A stretch of DNA of 64,000 nt, taken from IMG/VR virus record IMGVR_UViG_3300042389_001027, positions 1 through 64,000 of that record. One strand, 5' to 3'. Made by a program: the position numbers and the translations under genes. Positions 26,856 through 36,813 of this stretch are shown piece by piece; position 1 is the first letter of the stretch, and the number at the start of each line of letters is the position of its first letter. Origin of the DNA: a virus. The notes under the pieces were generated by a model. It had not been told where the DNA came from and made no database searches. It worked only from the letters and a program-made list of their open reading frames with translations.

Positions 26856-28181
26856 TCAGATACCTTCCTCAATGGTGAGCATTTCAAATTCAAGCAAGTC
26901 AGCGAGAAGTTTTGTAGCCTCGGCATCCTCTGCTGACTTCTCTTCTTCTGCCATTTCGGAGCCCCAGCCTTCAGGAATCATGTCTTCCTTGCCAAGTTCT
27001 TTGGCGCGCTTCATAATGTGAGCCTTGGCTGCAGCCTTGTCTCCCGCACGACCGAATGCTTGGATTGCGTTCTGAAGGTCTTCTTCGTCCTTAATTGGGA
27101 ATGAACCGTCAGGAAGGGCTTCGCCTGCTTCTGCCATGGTCTTACGAGTATCTTCGTCATACATACGCTTCAATGCGAGGTCTGCAACTTCGGCATCAAT
27201 ATCTGCTGCTTCGTCTGCGTCGTATTCGTCCCAACCGAGGACTTCGCCTTCAAGGCTGACGAAAACGTCGTATGACTTGCCATCTTCACCTTCAATTTCC
27301 ACGGCGTAAGCGTCGTAGCCTTCAAACATGTCGGCATCAACACTGACGACTTCACCTTCAATGCTCTTGACGGCAATGTCGGCTGCTTCGTTGAACGAGA
27401 TAACTTTCTCGCCAGCAATTTCTGCGACTTCACCCAATACTTTCTCGTTGAGGAGGTGCCAGCCCATGACTTCACCAGAGGTTCCGTCAAAGAAGATTTC
27501 TACTGGCTTGCCATCTTTGCGTTGTACGTCAACGATGAAGATGTCGGTTTCGTCAGCATATGCAGAATCAAGAACTTTGCCTGAGAACATGTCCTCAGCG
27601 ATACCTTCCACTTCAAGAAGTGTTGGCATATCTGATTCTGGAGCACATCCGCCGGGGCACTGAGCACAAACCTGTGAGGTGCCTGCGAGCATTTTGCGTT
27701 CAAATGCGCACACGAACGAATCGTCGTCCCACTCTTCAGACTTCATGCCCATGCTGTCCATGCGCTTCTTGCGAGCCTTCTTGCGCTTGGCTGTTGGGTC
27801 GTCGTCCATTTCATCTTCAACTTCAGATGCCATGGATTCCATCGGGGACATTCCGCCCTTTGTGTCGGCGGTAACCCACTCTTCGGACTTTGCTTCTACG
27901 GTTTCTGCAGCAGCGCCGCACTTTCCGCAAACTTTCTGACCAGGCTTGTAACCGCACTCGGCAATGTCAAGCCCCTTGGCACACTTGATGGTGCCATCGG
28001 CGAGTAGTTGAACAATTGGCTTATCTGCCATTTCGTCTTTCTCCTTGTATTGCATGGTTGAGGTTAAGCAGCCACTTGGTTTTGTACATCCAGAACACGG
28101 CGCGATGCGTTTTTCGCCCGAAACCATGCAACTGTATTTTGTTGAAATCTTAGGTAATCCGTTTTGTGAAGTATAACTCAT
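26856..28181 (-). CDS. Cys-rich acidic head protein with two PepSY-like domains and a DUF6582-like domain
   Basis: Several CxxC clusters; ISFNEAADIA...YAVEI..DGKSYDVFVS.EGEVLG; ALPDGSFPIKD..DLQNAI..FGRA. Confidence 0.7.
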   Translation of the reverse strand: MSYTSQNGLPKISTKYSCMVSGEKRIAPCSGCTKPSGCLTSTMQYKEKDEMADKPIVQLLADGTIKCAKGLDIAECGYKPGQKVCGKCGAAAETVEAKSEEWVTADTKGGMSPMESMASEVEDEMDDDPTAKRKKARKKRMDSMGMKSEEWDDDSFVCAFERKMLAGTSQVCAQCPGGCAPESDMPTLLEVEGIAEDMFSGKVLDSAYADETDIFIVDVQRKDGKPVEIFFDGTSGEVMGWHLLNEKVLGEVAEIAGEKVISFNEAADIAVKSIEGEVVSVDADMFEGYDAYAVEIEGEDGKSYDVFVSLEGEVLGWDEYDADEAADIDAEVADLALKRMYDEDTRKTMAEAGEALPDGSFPIKDEEDLQNAIQAFGRAGDKAAAKAHIMKRAKELGKEDMIPEGWGSEMAEEEKSAEDAEATKLLADLLEFEMLTIEEGI

Positions 28182-28195
28182 TCTTCTTCTCCATA

Positions 28196-30538
28196 TTACC
28201 TGTTTGGAGTCTTGTATACATTAACTGCGGTATTAATCGCATCTTCCGCAACTTCAGTAAGACCAGTCAAGTGAATACCATCTTCATCAACGTGGCTGAC
28301 GATTCCATGATATTCAATAACTGGGTCAAGAAGAGACTTCACAGCAAATAGTTCGTCAACTGCTACGGGGATAGTTACGACGTCATATTTGACTTCAACC
28401 TCACCCTTGCTTGCCGATTGAATAACTTCCTGCAACATTGTCAATGCATCCTGCAACTTCTTGAGATTGCGGTTGTTCAGAACACGACCAGCCTTGACGT
28501 CAAAGTCCTCTTCAAGAGTCTTTTCCAACTCCGACATAGCCTGAATCATGCCCATCATCGGCTTGGGGGTGCCGCAAGTTCCTGCGCCTCCGCACCCGCA
28601 TCCACAATCTTTATGGTCGTCGTCATCGTCATCCCTGCGGACATGAACAACCAGCATTCGCTTGCCGTTGTCGTCATCGGACTCGCCGAAGTGCTCCCAC
28701 TTAGAATCATCGCCGATGAACTTAACAAATTCTGGCTGACCGTCAAGGAACTCCTTGAGATACATCATTGCCTTTTCCTCAACTTCAGGAACAGGCATCA
28801 TTGTCAAATCTTCGTCGTCATTATCCATGTCCATGGACTTTTCGTCGTTAAGTTTCCTGAGACGAGCATTCCATTCGCTGTCGTTCCAGATTGAACCATT
28901 GGAAATGCCACGAATCTTCTTCCTGCAGTTCTTCATTCCTGGGTGGTGACAGCCTTCGTTCGGCCATAGACCAGTTGTTTCGTGATGCAGCCATGCGCAG
29001 ATGTTGTTCAATGGGTACAACTCTGGATGGTCTGCCAGAATCACGCGGCAACGGCGGAATCCGCCTTCTCGCTTCATAATTGGGCGCCAGTAGCGAAGAA
29101 GTTTCTCAAGGTTTCCTCGGCGAGGACCATATCCACGCAGGACATCGCCAGTGATATTTTCCTGCGGAATGGCATCAACTGGGGTTGGAGCCTTGATTTC
29201 CTCTTCAATTTCAGAGAGCGAATCTGTTTGCTTGCCGCCCATGCAGCCGCACTTACAGTCTTCGTACTTTGGTTTTACTCCACGTGGAACCATTGGGTTC
29301 TTGTCCATGTCATAGTTTTCTTCAAAGGGGTTGTCCCCCTCATTGTGCCCGATTGTGTCAACGCCATTCTCGGGGAGGTAAACCATCTGTGGCTTGACCT
29401 TGACCGCTTCGCCAAACATAAACTCATCACCATCAAAATGGTAGGTGACACGCATAGTCATAGGCTCTTCGCCTTCTTTGCGGTGGTCAAAAATGACCAT
29501 ATTCTTGTCAGCCGAGCGCAAGCGGATGGCACCACCAAATCGCATTGCTAGCGCCTTAGCGATATTAGCCATTCGTCCCATGGCGGGATTTGCAGCGGGG
29601 ACTCCACCGTCTTCGCCGCGAGGTCCTGTGTAATCAGAATCAGAGTCTTCCGATTCGTAGATGTTCGGCGATACTGAATCACCTTTTTCGTTCTCTTCTT
29701 GACGATTTTTGTAACGCTCAAGAAGGCGACGTCCTTTTTCGGCTAGGGCACGAGCGTCGTCCATGTTTTGTGGAACCGATTCACCCCATGCTGCGGCAGA
29801 CAGGGCGAGACGGGTTGGTTCTCCCTTTTCGTCTTTCATCGGACCGCTGGGGTTTGTGAAGAAACGAGTCAAGAATGAGCCTTTTCTGCGCATTTTCTCG
29901 GGAGTATCTGCTGGTCCTTGGACTCCCGGCTTCAGGTTTGAGCCTTCGGTTTCATTAAAATGACGTCGTCCTGCTGCGGTCAGCCCCCCCTTGGGGTCGC
30001 GCAGGGGCTCATCTGCCTTAATGGAGATTGTGCCCGTAAGTTGATTTGCGCCATGGAGTACAGGGCTTACTTCATAGAGTTCAACCTCTTTAAGGACGTT
30101 TGCCTGCCGTTGTGAGTCATAATCCGCGTCAAGTGTTTTGTAGCCAATTGACCATTCTTGCTCCGCACCAAAGAAAGAAACATCAAGAAATGCCTGTTTG
30201 CCGCGTTCCGACTTGAGGTTAAACTGAACGCGAGCATAAAGCCCACCGATACCAGCACGTTTCATTTTCATTGGTAGGCGTGGGTCGTTCGGATTAACTT
30301 CGTAAATATCTAGGACTTTGCCAATTGGTTCGTTCCAGTTATGCCCCCATACGACACGAGGTTTGCGTCGTTTCAGGCTTTCAGTAAAGCATCCTGGTGC
30401 ACAAATATCGCCGACGGAGTCTTTGTTTCCGATGCCAGCAACAAAGCACTCAACGATACCTTGAGCCTCATCTACCTTGATTTGTCCATTATCAATGGCT
30501 TTGAATTCAGTAGCAGTAGTTTGCTGTGTTTGTGACAT
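28196..30538 (-). CDS. HK97-family prohead protease with long multidomain C-terminal extension
   Basis: DSVGD..PGCF, WGHN..EPIG, EWSIGY, LYEVSPVLHGAN; then DPKGGLTAAGR...RRKGSF (DUF6321-like), RRC...CAWLHH.TTG.WP and KAGRVLNNRN. Confidence 0.9.
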   Translation of the reverse strand: MSQTQQTTATEFKAIDNGQIKVDEAQGIVECFVAGIGNKDSVGDICAPGCFTESLKRRKPRVVWGHNWNEPIGKVLDIYEVNPNDPRLPMKMKRAGIGGLYARVQFNLKSERGKQAFLDVSFFGAEQEWSIGYKTLDADYDSQRQANVLKEVELYEVSPVLHGANQLTGTISIKADEPLRDPKGGLTAAGRRHFNETEGSNLKPGVQGPADTPEKMRRKGSFLTRFFTNPSGPMKDEKGEPTRLALSAAAWGESVPQNMDDARALAEKGRRLLERYKNRQEENEKGDSVSPNIYESEDSDSDYTGPRGEDGGVPAANPAMGRMANIAKALAMRFGGAIRLRSADKNMVIFDHRKEGEEPMTMRVTYHFDGDEFMFGEAVKVKPQMVYLPENGVDTIGHNEGDNPFEENYDMDKNPMVPRGVKPKYEDCKCGCMGGKQTDSLSEIEEEIKAPTPVDAIPQENITGDVLRGYGPRRGNLEKLLRYWRPIMKREGGFRRCRVILADHPELYPLNNICAWLHHETTGLWPNEGCHHPGMKNCRKKIRGISNGSIWNDSEWNARLRKLNDEKSMDMDNDDEDLTMMPVPEVEEKAMMYLKEFLDGQPEFVKFIGDDSKWEHFGESDDDNGKRMLVVHVRRDDDDDDHKDCGCGCGGAGTCGTPKPMMGMIQAMSELEKTLEEDFDVKAGRVLNNRNLKKLQDALTMLQEVIQSASKGEVEVKYDVVTIPVAVDELFAVKSLLDPVIEYHGIVSHVDEDGIHLTGLTEVAEDAINTAVNVYKTPNR

Positions 30539-30638
30539 TTACTTGCTCCGATGTATCGCGACAGATACAACAATAAACGAAATAACAACGCAGACGACGC
30601 AACTATTGCACTAGATTACGCGACTTTACGTAAAGTGT

Positions 30639-30956
30639 TCAACTACTTTCAGTAAACTTATTTATCTTCTGCATGAGGCTGGCTGAAGATAAAGCGCCAA
30701 CAATTGAGCCAACCTGTTTTCCATCTCTAAACACAAGAAGTGTAGGGATGCTCATAATGTTGTTGGACGACGCCAATTTCGGATAATCGTCAATATTTAC
30801 TTTACAAAACTTGACGTTAGTCATCTTTTCTGACAAATCCACAAGCACTGGTTCCATCATCTTGCACGGACCGCACCACGATGCCCAGAAGTCAACAACG
30901 ACATCTCCATCGGAGATGGAATCAGAAAAGTCTTTATCTGTGAGTTTGGTAATCAT
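30639..30956 (-). CDS. trxA: Thioredoxin
   Basis: VDFWASWCGPCK, SIPTL; ATGA-coupled to the portal stop. Confidence 0.93.
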   Translation of the reverse strand: MITKLTDKDFSDSISDGDVVVDFWASWCGPCKMMEPVLVDLSEKMTNVKFCKVNIDDYPKLASSNNIMSIPTLLVFRDGKQVGSIVGALSSASLMQKINKFTESS

Positions 30957-33157
30957 CAGGAAAACCTCAACCTGCAACGACAGTTAATTGTAAGGCTTGG
31001 TGGAGCGAGGGGGTCACCAGGGAAACGTAACACAGTTTCGTTTACAGTGAAACCATCACCAAGAGGGACGGTCTTTCCGTGTAGCAACTTGTGCTCAGCC
31101 CGAACTGACCCATCCTTGCGGGTAACCCACGTTTTGTCCGTAGCGCCAAGACGCTTGCCCGTAAAATAAACGCCAGCGTTCTGCGCCGTCTGCGCTTCCA
31201 ATTCGGCAATAACACGCTTGCGCTTGCCGAGTAGGTTTACGAAGATTGCGGTAAGTGCTGCACGTAATAGACCCATTCTGTCTTCGTCATCACCAAGAGC
31301 CATTGCAATAAGAATCGCTGCAGCAATTTCTTCCTTCGTTGTGCTGTTCGCTTTCTTCATTCGTTCAATCTGCTCGTCAACAGTCTTCTCAATATCAGCC
31401 TCTTCAACATCGGCTGGCATATTGGCTTGCTGCGACGATGATGTCACGCTCTCCATAGCGATTGCTTTCAACACAGGACGCAAGTCGTCCTCAAGTTGCT
31501 TACTCCACGTTGACTCATCAAAAACCATTTCGGTTTCCAATGTCTTGGAGGAAATTGCCTTACGTGCTTTAGAGCCAGTTGCCTTCTCAAGGACTACACG
31601 CTGCTGGCGTTCAAACAGTCGCTCAAGAGCCCTATCAAGGATTTCTGTCCATCTGTCAGCATCTTGTTCGGCTTTTGTGTCGTAGTCATCGTACGTGTAA
31701 CTGATGTCTTCAGATTTGACGTGGAATCCACCGACCTGTGCCGACATTTGACCTTCTGGCAATGGTGCTGCAGTTGTCTCAGGGCTAACTGGCGCTGCTG
31801 CCTCTGGGGCTGGAACTCCTTCGGGCGCTGGGGGCGATACTTGAGGCAAGCCCTGTTGTGGCATTTGCATCTGTCCTGTGGGGTCTTGAGGAACTCCAAC
31901 CATGTCAACTGGTTGCTGCTCTCCTGCGCTAAAGGGCTTTTCAGTGTTTGCAACAGGCGTCAAGTTCGGGTTGGAGAGAAGACTGTCTGCCAGTTCGGAA
32001 TCAACCTTCTTTTTCCCAGTTCCACCACGGTACTCATTGATACTGATAAGACCTTGCTGGAATTCGTCCATCAGGTAACGCTCACGTTCCTGCTTAGCCA
32101 TAATCAAGATGGGGACGGTGCTCGTATCAAAGTCCACGTAGTACTTGTCGTCAAGTTCGTCAAATGCCCGAGCCAATGGCTCTAGGTGAGGAAGCATTGT
32201 TTCCATCCAGAAAACGCGAAGTTCTTCTGAAGCATTGGAGAACGTGCGTCCTGCAGCATTGCCGATAACTGATTCAGGAACACCAAAAGCGGCAAGAATT
32301 TCTTCTTTCTGAATCTGTCGCATTTGGGTGTATGCAGCATCACGTGGAGACGCTGATGTGTCAACGAAGTCAACGCCATCATCAGATGAGATGACGGTTG
32401 TGGCTCCTGTACGGCTTAGGTTCCCACGGAAACGATTGCGTAATTCATCCTTATCGTCGTCGTCCATTTCGCCACGAACTACAAGTAGCCCGCCGGGGCG
32501 ACCGTCGTTTAATAGGTAGTTGCGGTTATACAACTTGGAAAGGTTTTCTAGTTCAATAGCGATACCTGCTGACTCCATTGGAGTGATTGATAGGTACGGG
32601 TCAAGTGGGTGAGGTCTGCGAATCCAGACGACATCCTCTGGCTTGAGAGTGACCTTCGTGCCGTTCCGCATATCTACTTCGTAGCCAGAAATGAACTTTC
32701 GGGCGTCAGGGATTGGGGCGGTGTGTTGGGGCGGCAACAGGTGTAGGGCGATGATTTGTCCGTTACGACCACGAACTTTCTCAACAAATACTCCTCGGCT
32801 ACTCATCAATAACTGTGATGAGAGTCGGTATCGGAAGATGAACGAGTTTTCGCCTTCGTTTGTTTTGGTGTTGAAGATGTCAAGAAGCGGGTTCTTTGAC
32901 TTCAGAATTTCCCCAGAAGGCGAATTGTCTTTACGTAAAATGATGGGTAGGCGTGCTTGGTTCCCTGCGATTGCGTCAATGCATCGGAATACCCATGTGA
33001 CTTTTTGGGCACCCTCACGGTAGGCGCGTTCAATGTCCCAATGGTCTTTGTAGGGTTTGTTAACCAAGCCGGGGTTGAAGGCGACTGGTGCGCCAGCATT
33101 CAGTATTGACTTTTCGCTACTAGGCGATAAGTCTTTATTGCTTGAATTCCAACCCAT
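30956..33157 (-). CDS. HK97-type portal protein fused to a C-terminal MuF (SPP1 gp7-like) domain
   Basis: WVFRCIDAIA, NDGRPGG, ILAAFGVP, ISINEYR; C-terminal KTW...VRAEH...FPGDP...INCRC. Confidence 0.92.
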   Translation of the reverse strand: MGWNSSNKDLSPSSEKSILNAGAPVAFNPGLVNKPYKDHWDIERAYREGAQKVTWVFRCIDAIAGNQARLPIILRKDNSPSGEILKSKNPLLDIFNTKTNEGENSFIFRYRLSSQLLMSSRGVFVEKVRGRNGQIIALHLLPPQHTAPIPDARKFISGYEVDMRNGTKVTLKPEDVVWIRRPHPLDPYLSITPMESAGIAIELENLSKLYNRNYLLNDGRPGGLLVVRGEMDDDDKDELRNRFRGNLSRTGATTVISSDDGVDFVDTSASPRDAAYTQMRQIQKEEILAAFGVPESVIGNAAGRTFSNASEELRVFWMETMLPHLEPLARAFDELDDKYYVDFDTSTVPILIMAKQERERYLMDEFQQGLISINEYRGGTGKKKVDSELADSLLSNPNLTPVANTEKPFSAGEQQPVDMVGVPQDPTGQMQMPQQGLPQVSPPAPEGVPAPEAAAPVSPETTAAPLPEGQMSAQVGGFHVKSEDISYTYDDYDTKAEQDADRWTEILDRALERLFERQQRVVLEKATGSKARKAISSKTLETEMVFDESTWSKQLEDDLRPVLKAIAMESVTSSSQQANMPADVEEADIEKTVDEQIERMKKANSTTKEEIAAAILIAMALGDDEDRMGLLRAALTAIFVNLLGKRKRVIAELEAQTAQNAGVYFTGKRLGATDKTWVTRKDGSVRAEHKLLHGKTVPLGDGFTVNETVLRFPGDPLAPPSLTINCRCRLRFS

Positions 33158-33333
33158 TAGTCACGTCCCAACAAAAATCCGTACAAACCAGAACAGACCC
33201 CTAAGGAAACTAGCCCTACGGGTGGTACTATAATTGCAATACCTGCTGATGTACAGATTACAAAAGAAATCATCAGAACATGTGCAGCATTTGCCCTTGT
33301 CATGCGGGCGCTTAGGAATTGTTTTAGTTTCAT
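33157..33333 (-). CDS. Small two-TM membrane protein upstream of the portal
   Basis: 58 aa by hand translation (MKLKQFLSARMTRANAAHVLMISFVICTSAGIAIIVPPVGLVSLGVCSGLYGFLLGRD); TAATG-coupled to the portal. Confidence 0.7.
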   Translation of the reverse strand: MKLKQFLSARMTRANAAHVLMISFVICTSAGIAIIVPPVGLVSLGVCSGLYGFLLGRD

Positions 33334-33401
33334 GTAGGCGTCACCTTAGCGCAGTACTCTGCAATAATACAGCACTGACAGGTGCCTAGCATGGTGGAGT
33401 T

Positions 33402-34706
33402 ATGACGGACTGGAACAAAGTTCTTGCATATTTGGAACCGCGACCGTCTCCTTATTGTCCTGAGGAGCCGTCGCTCACGCAGCGCGTCTTTCTGCGTACT
33501 AATGCACTTGAGGCTTTGTTTGGCGGCGCTGCGGGTGGGGGCAAGTCTTCCGCACTCTTAATGTCTGCTATGCAGTACGTGGACGTCCCCAACTACTCCG
33601 CAATTCTTTTCCGCCGCACCTACGCTGACTTGTCTCTTCCTGGCGCATTGATGGACAGATTCAAGGACTGGATTGCAGGGCAAGAGGATATTCACTGGAA
33701 TGCTAACAGTTATGTCGCAACATTCCCATCTGGAGCGCGTATTTCATTTGGCTATTTAAATAATACTAATGACTATTTACGCTATAAAGGTTCTGAATTC
33801 CAATTTATCGGCATGGACGAAGTCACCGAAATCCGTGAATCCGACTACCGATATCTATTCTCCCGTCTCCGCCGACCTGCCAGCGGACCGCTCTCGCAGG
33901 TTCCCCTAAGGATGCGAGCCGCCTCAAACCCTGCCCCCAACTGGGTAAGACAAAGATTCATCGTGGAAGGCAAAGAAACTGGGCGAATCTTTGTTCCATC
34001 ATTACTGAAGGACAACCCAGGCATTGACGCCGACTCCTACAGAATGGCACTCCAAGCCCTAGACCCCGTTGAGCGCAACCGTCTAGAAAAAGGTGACTGG
34101 TGGTCAACTTCGCTCGGAACACTGTTTGACCGTAACGATTTCGTCATAATTGACCCCCACGAAGTCCCTATTGTTACTTCAGCCGCTCGTGCTGTCCGAT
34201 TTTGGGACTTAGCGGCGACTGAACCTCACTCAGGGAACCTTGACCCTGACTGGACGGTTGGAACATTAGTACTCTTTGACCAAGGCATCGCCTACGTGAT
34301 GGATGTCCGTAAAATTAGGGCAAAAGGCGACAAAGTTGAGCAATTAATCGCTCAAACAGCCGCCGAAGACGGCAAAACTGTCTCAATCCGAATTGAACAA
34401 GAACCAGGCTCCTCGGGGAAGGCGCTAATTGACCAATACGCAAGGTATGTGGTTCCTGGTTATGACCTTGTTGGCTTGAGAGCATCAGGCGACAAGGTGA
34501 CACGAGCAAGACCGTTTGCGGCTGCCGTTGCTAACGGAAACGTGCGATTAGTTCGTGGGGCTTGGATTACAGACTTCTTGGACGAAATGGCATCATTCCC
34601 CGAAGCATGTAACCACGATGACCAAGTTGACTCCGTCGTTGGAGCATTTACTTATCTTGCGGGCTTGGGGTTGCCACAGCGGAGGCGTGCTGCTATTCTC
34701 ATCTGA
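33402..34706 (+). CDS. terL: Terminase large subunit
   Basis: GGAAGGGKS, FIGMDE, AASNP, RFWDLA, IEQEPGSSGK, HDDQVD. Confidence 0.95.
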   Translation: MTDWNKVLAYLEPRPSPYCPEEPSLTQRVFLRTNALEALFGGAAGGGKSSALLMSAMQYVDVPNYSAILFRRTYADLSLPGALMDRFKDWIAGQEDIHWNANSYVATFPSGARISFGYLNNTNDYLRYKGSEFQFIGMDEVTEIRESDYRYLFSRLRRPASGPLSQVPLRMRAASNPAPNWVRQRFIVEGKETGRIFVPSLLKDNPGIDADSYRMALQALDPVERNRLEKGDWWSTSLGTLFDRNDFVIIDPHEVPIVTSAARAVRFWDLAATEPHSGNLDPDWTVGTLVLFDQGIAYVMDVRKIRAKGDKVEQLIAQTAAEDGKTVSIRIEQEPGSSGKALIDQYARYVVPGYDLVGLRASGDKVTRARPFAAAVANGNVRLVRGAWITDFLDEMASFPEACNHDDQVDSVVGAFTYLAGLGLPQRRRAAILI

Positions 34707-34740
34707 CGTAAACCTACCTACGACATACCGAGAGGATATT

Positions 34741-35241
34741 GTGACTGACCTAAACGCCTTACTGGCGAAACTAAACAAACTGCTGATTGACGTAGACACA
34801 AAGTTGAGCGAGTTCACGGATAGCAACCCATCCATTGATGATGTTGGCGCAACACTGATTGAACTTCATTCACTGAAAGCCGCATTTGGCGATGTGTACT
34901 CTACGTACTCCGCACGTGCTACGAAGTTGTTCCAAGACGCGCAAGTTGAGGACATGGCGTATGGAGAAAACCGTATTGAAGTACGGACTGCATCTGATAG
35001 AAAGCAGTGGGAGCACCCGCGACTGATTGCGGAAGTGGCACGGCGTCTCGTATCAGAATCAATTGATATGGATACTGGCGAAGTAATGACTTCCCCTGAA
35101 GAATTGATTGCCAAGGTTTTGGACTTTGTCCAACCTTCATACTGGCGTATTAAAGAACTCTCTAAAATCGGCATTAACGCAGACAAGTTCTGCGAGGTCG
35201 GCGAATACAAAACAAACATCATTGTCAGAAAGGCAAAGTGA
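34741..35241 (+). CDS. Hypothetical protein linked to the recombination genes
   Basis: GTG start with GAGG RBS; DTGEV motif; coupled to Sak. Confidence 0.7.
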   Translation: MTDLNALLAKLNKLLIDVDTKLSEFTDSNPSIDDVGATLIELHSLKAAFGDVYSTYSARATKLFQDAQVEDMAYGENRIEVRTASDRKQWEHPRLIAEVARRLVSESIDMDTGEVMTSPEELIAKVLDFVQPSYWRIKELSKIGINADKFCEVGEYKTNIIVRKAK

Positions 35242-36050
35242 TAGACATGGCAACAGCAAAGAAAGCAAATCAGGACGCTATCTTGGATGCAATCGTGCAA
35301 GAAGTGGAAACGTCAGAAACAGCAGCGTCAATGCATATTGAGTGGCGAAAAGAGCGTGAACAGGAAGAGAAGCGTCACGCACAGCGCACGACACAAATGG
35401 CAAAAGACCTTGCGGAACCATTTGCTCCTGAAGTGGAAAAAGTTCTCAAAAAGGGCGGAGCATCGCTTACTTATATTCCCGTTAGTGAAGTTATTAACCG
35501 AATGAACAAAGTATTTGGTATTGATGGGTGGAGTAGTGAAATCATTAAATGCGAGCGCGACGCCCACGACCCAGACTTTATTGTTGCATGTGTTCGCATT
35601 ACTGCGTACACCCACGGAGACCGATTCGTAAGCATCTCTAAGGATGGTTACGGCGGACAGAAAATTAAGCGCACTAAAGCGGGAGATATTGTTGACTTGG
35701 GCGACGAGTTCAAGGGTGCAGTCTCAGACGCGCTAAAGAAAGCAGTGCAACAGTTTGGAATTGGTTTGTACCTTGCTCGTAGTGAGGAGGCATTAAGTCT
35801 TGACGAAGCGGAAGAAGCGGCAGCAAGTGCACCTCAGGTAAGCGACATGTACCCCAAGTTCAAAACGTTTTTGGACAAGTTCAGCCCTGACCAAAAGGGT
35901 GAGGTCAAAACATTCTGGAGCAAGTACAGCAATGGTCGCCCCACTCCCAAGCCACACGAATTCACTGATTCTGAACTCCAAGCACTAATTGCAGAATGTG
36001 TCCGAATTGAATTTAGTGGCATTGCGGTAAGTGGTTTGTCAAGTGAGTGA
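35238..36050 (+). CDS. Rad52/Rad22-family single-strand annealing protein (Sak-like)
   Basis: LTYI...VINRMNKVFGIDGW, KGAVSDALKKAVQQFGIGLYL. Confidence 0.9.
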   Translation: MIDMATAKKANQDAILDAIVQEVETSETAASMHIEWRKEREQEEKRHAQRTTQMAKDLAEPFAPEVEKVLKKGGASLTYIPVSEVINRMNKVFGIDGWSSEIIKCERDAHDPDFIVACVRITAYTHGDRFVSISKDGYGGQKIKRTKAGDIVDLGDEFKGAVSDALKKAVQQFGIGLYLARSEEALSLDEAEEAAASAPQVSDMYPKFKTFLDKFSPDQKGEVKTFWSKYSNGRPTPKPHEFTDSELQALIAECVRIEFSGIAVSGLSSE

Positions 36051-36813
36051 TGTGACCCTGATACCACCCCCGCATTTGTCGGCATCTTCTATATCAACAT
36101 TCCAACAGTGTCCCCTTCGGTACAAGTATTCACGGATTGATGAACTCCCTGAACCGCCGTCAGAAGCATCCCTCATGGGTAACTTTGTCCACGATATTTT
36201 GGAGGGGCTCTATAGGCAGGAGTCATCTACCCGAACACTAGGTACGGCACGCATGCTTGCTGCATCTCTGTGGAATGACTACGAAGAACGCGCCATGAAA
36301 GTTGCGAAAACACCTGAGGCAATTAGGCGATTCCGCTGGAACTCATGGTGGTGTGTAGAGAAATTGTTTTCAATGGAAGACCCTACGCAACGCGAGTTTG
36401 ATGGTCTTGAGCATGAAATCAATCATGAAATTAATGGCGTTCGCGTCAAGGGCTTCATTGATAGATGGCATTTACATAACGATGGAATTGTAATTGGCGA
36501 CTACAAAACTGGGAAAACCCCTAAGCCTCATTATGCAGGGGACAAGTTTTTTCAGTTGCTCCTCTACGGAGTCGTACTTCACGAGCAACTTGGAAAGCCA
36601 ATAGAGTCTGTGGAATTGCTTTACATCAAAGATGGTGAGCGACTCCACAAATCACCCACCGCCGAAGATATGCAAAGTGTCTACGACACCGTGGTGGAAA
36701 TTAGAACAGGAATAGACGAGCGTTGCGCCACTGGAGAGTTTGAGTACAAGCCTTCCAGACTGTGCGACTGGTGTTCGTTTAAGTCAATATGCCCATACTG
36801 GAGAAAAAAATGA
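36043..36813 (+). CDS. RecB/Cas4-like PD-(D/E)XK exonuclease
   Basis: LSASS..FQQCP, GNFVH, GFIDR, DYKTG, QL.LY, CDWC...CP (four-Cys Fe-S pattern). Confidence 0.92.
   Translation: MSDVTLIPPPHLSASSISTFQQCPLRYKYSRIDELPEPPSEASLMGNFVHDILEGLYRQESSTRTLGTARMLAASLWNDYEERAMKVAKTPEAIRRFRWNSWWCVEKLFSMEDPTQREFDGLEHEINHEINGVRVKGFIDRWHLHNDGIVIGDYKTGKTPKPHYAGDKFFQLLLYGVVLHEQLGKPIESVELLYIKDGERLHKSPTAEDMQSVYDTVVEIRTGIDERCATGEFEYKPSRLCDWCSFKSICPYWRKK

Noticed and set aside
8628-34706. Inteins or introns in RNR, portal or TerL
   Set aside because: RNR and TerL have normal lengths, no C...HN splice motifs or LAGLIDADG/HNH domains were seen, and the extra portal length is linker plus MuF.
36043-36813. Cas4-like nuclease as a sign of CRISPR-Cas
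   Set aside because: No repeat-spacer array or other cas genes are present; its position next to Sak fits a phage recombination exonuclease.
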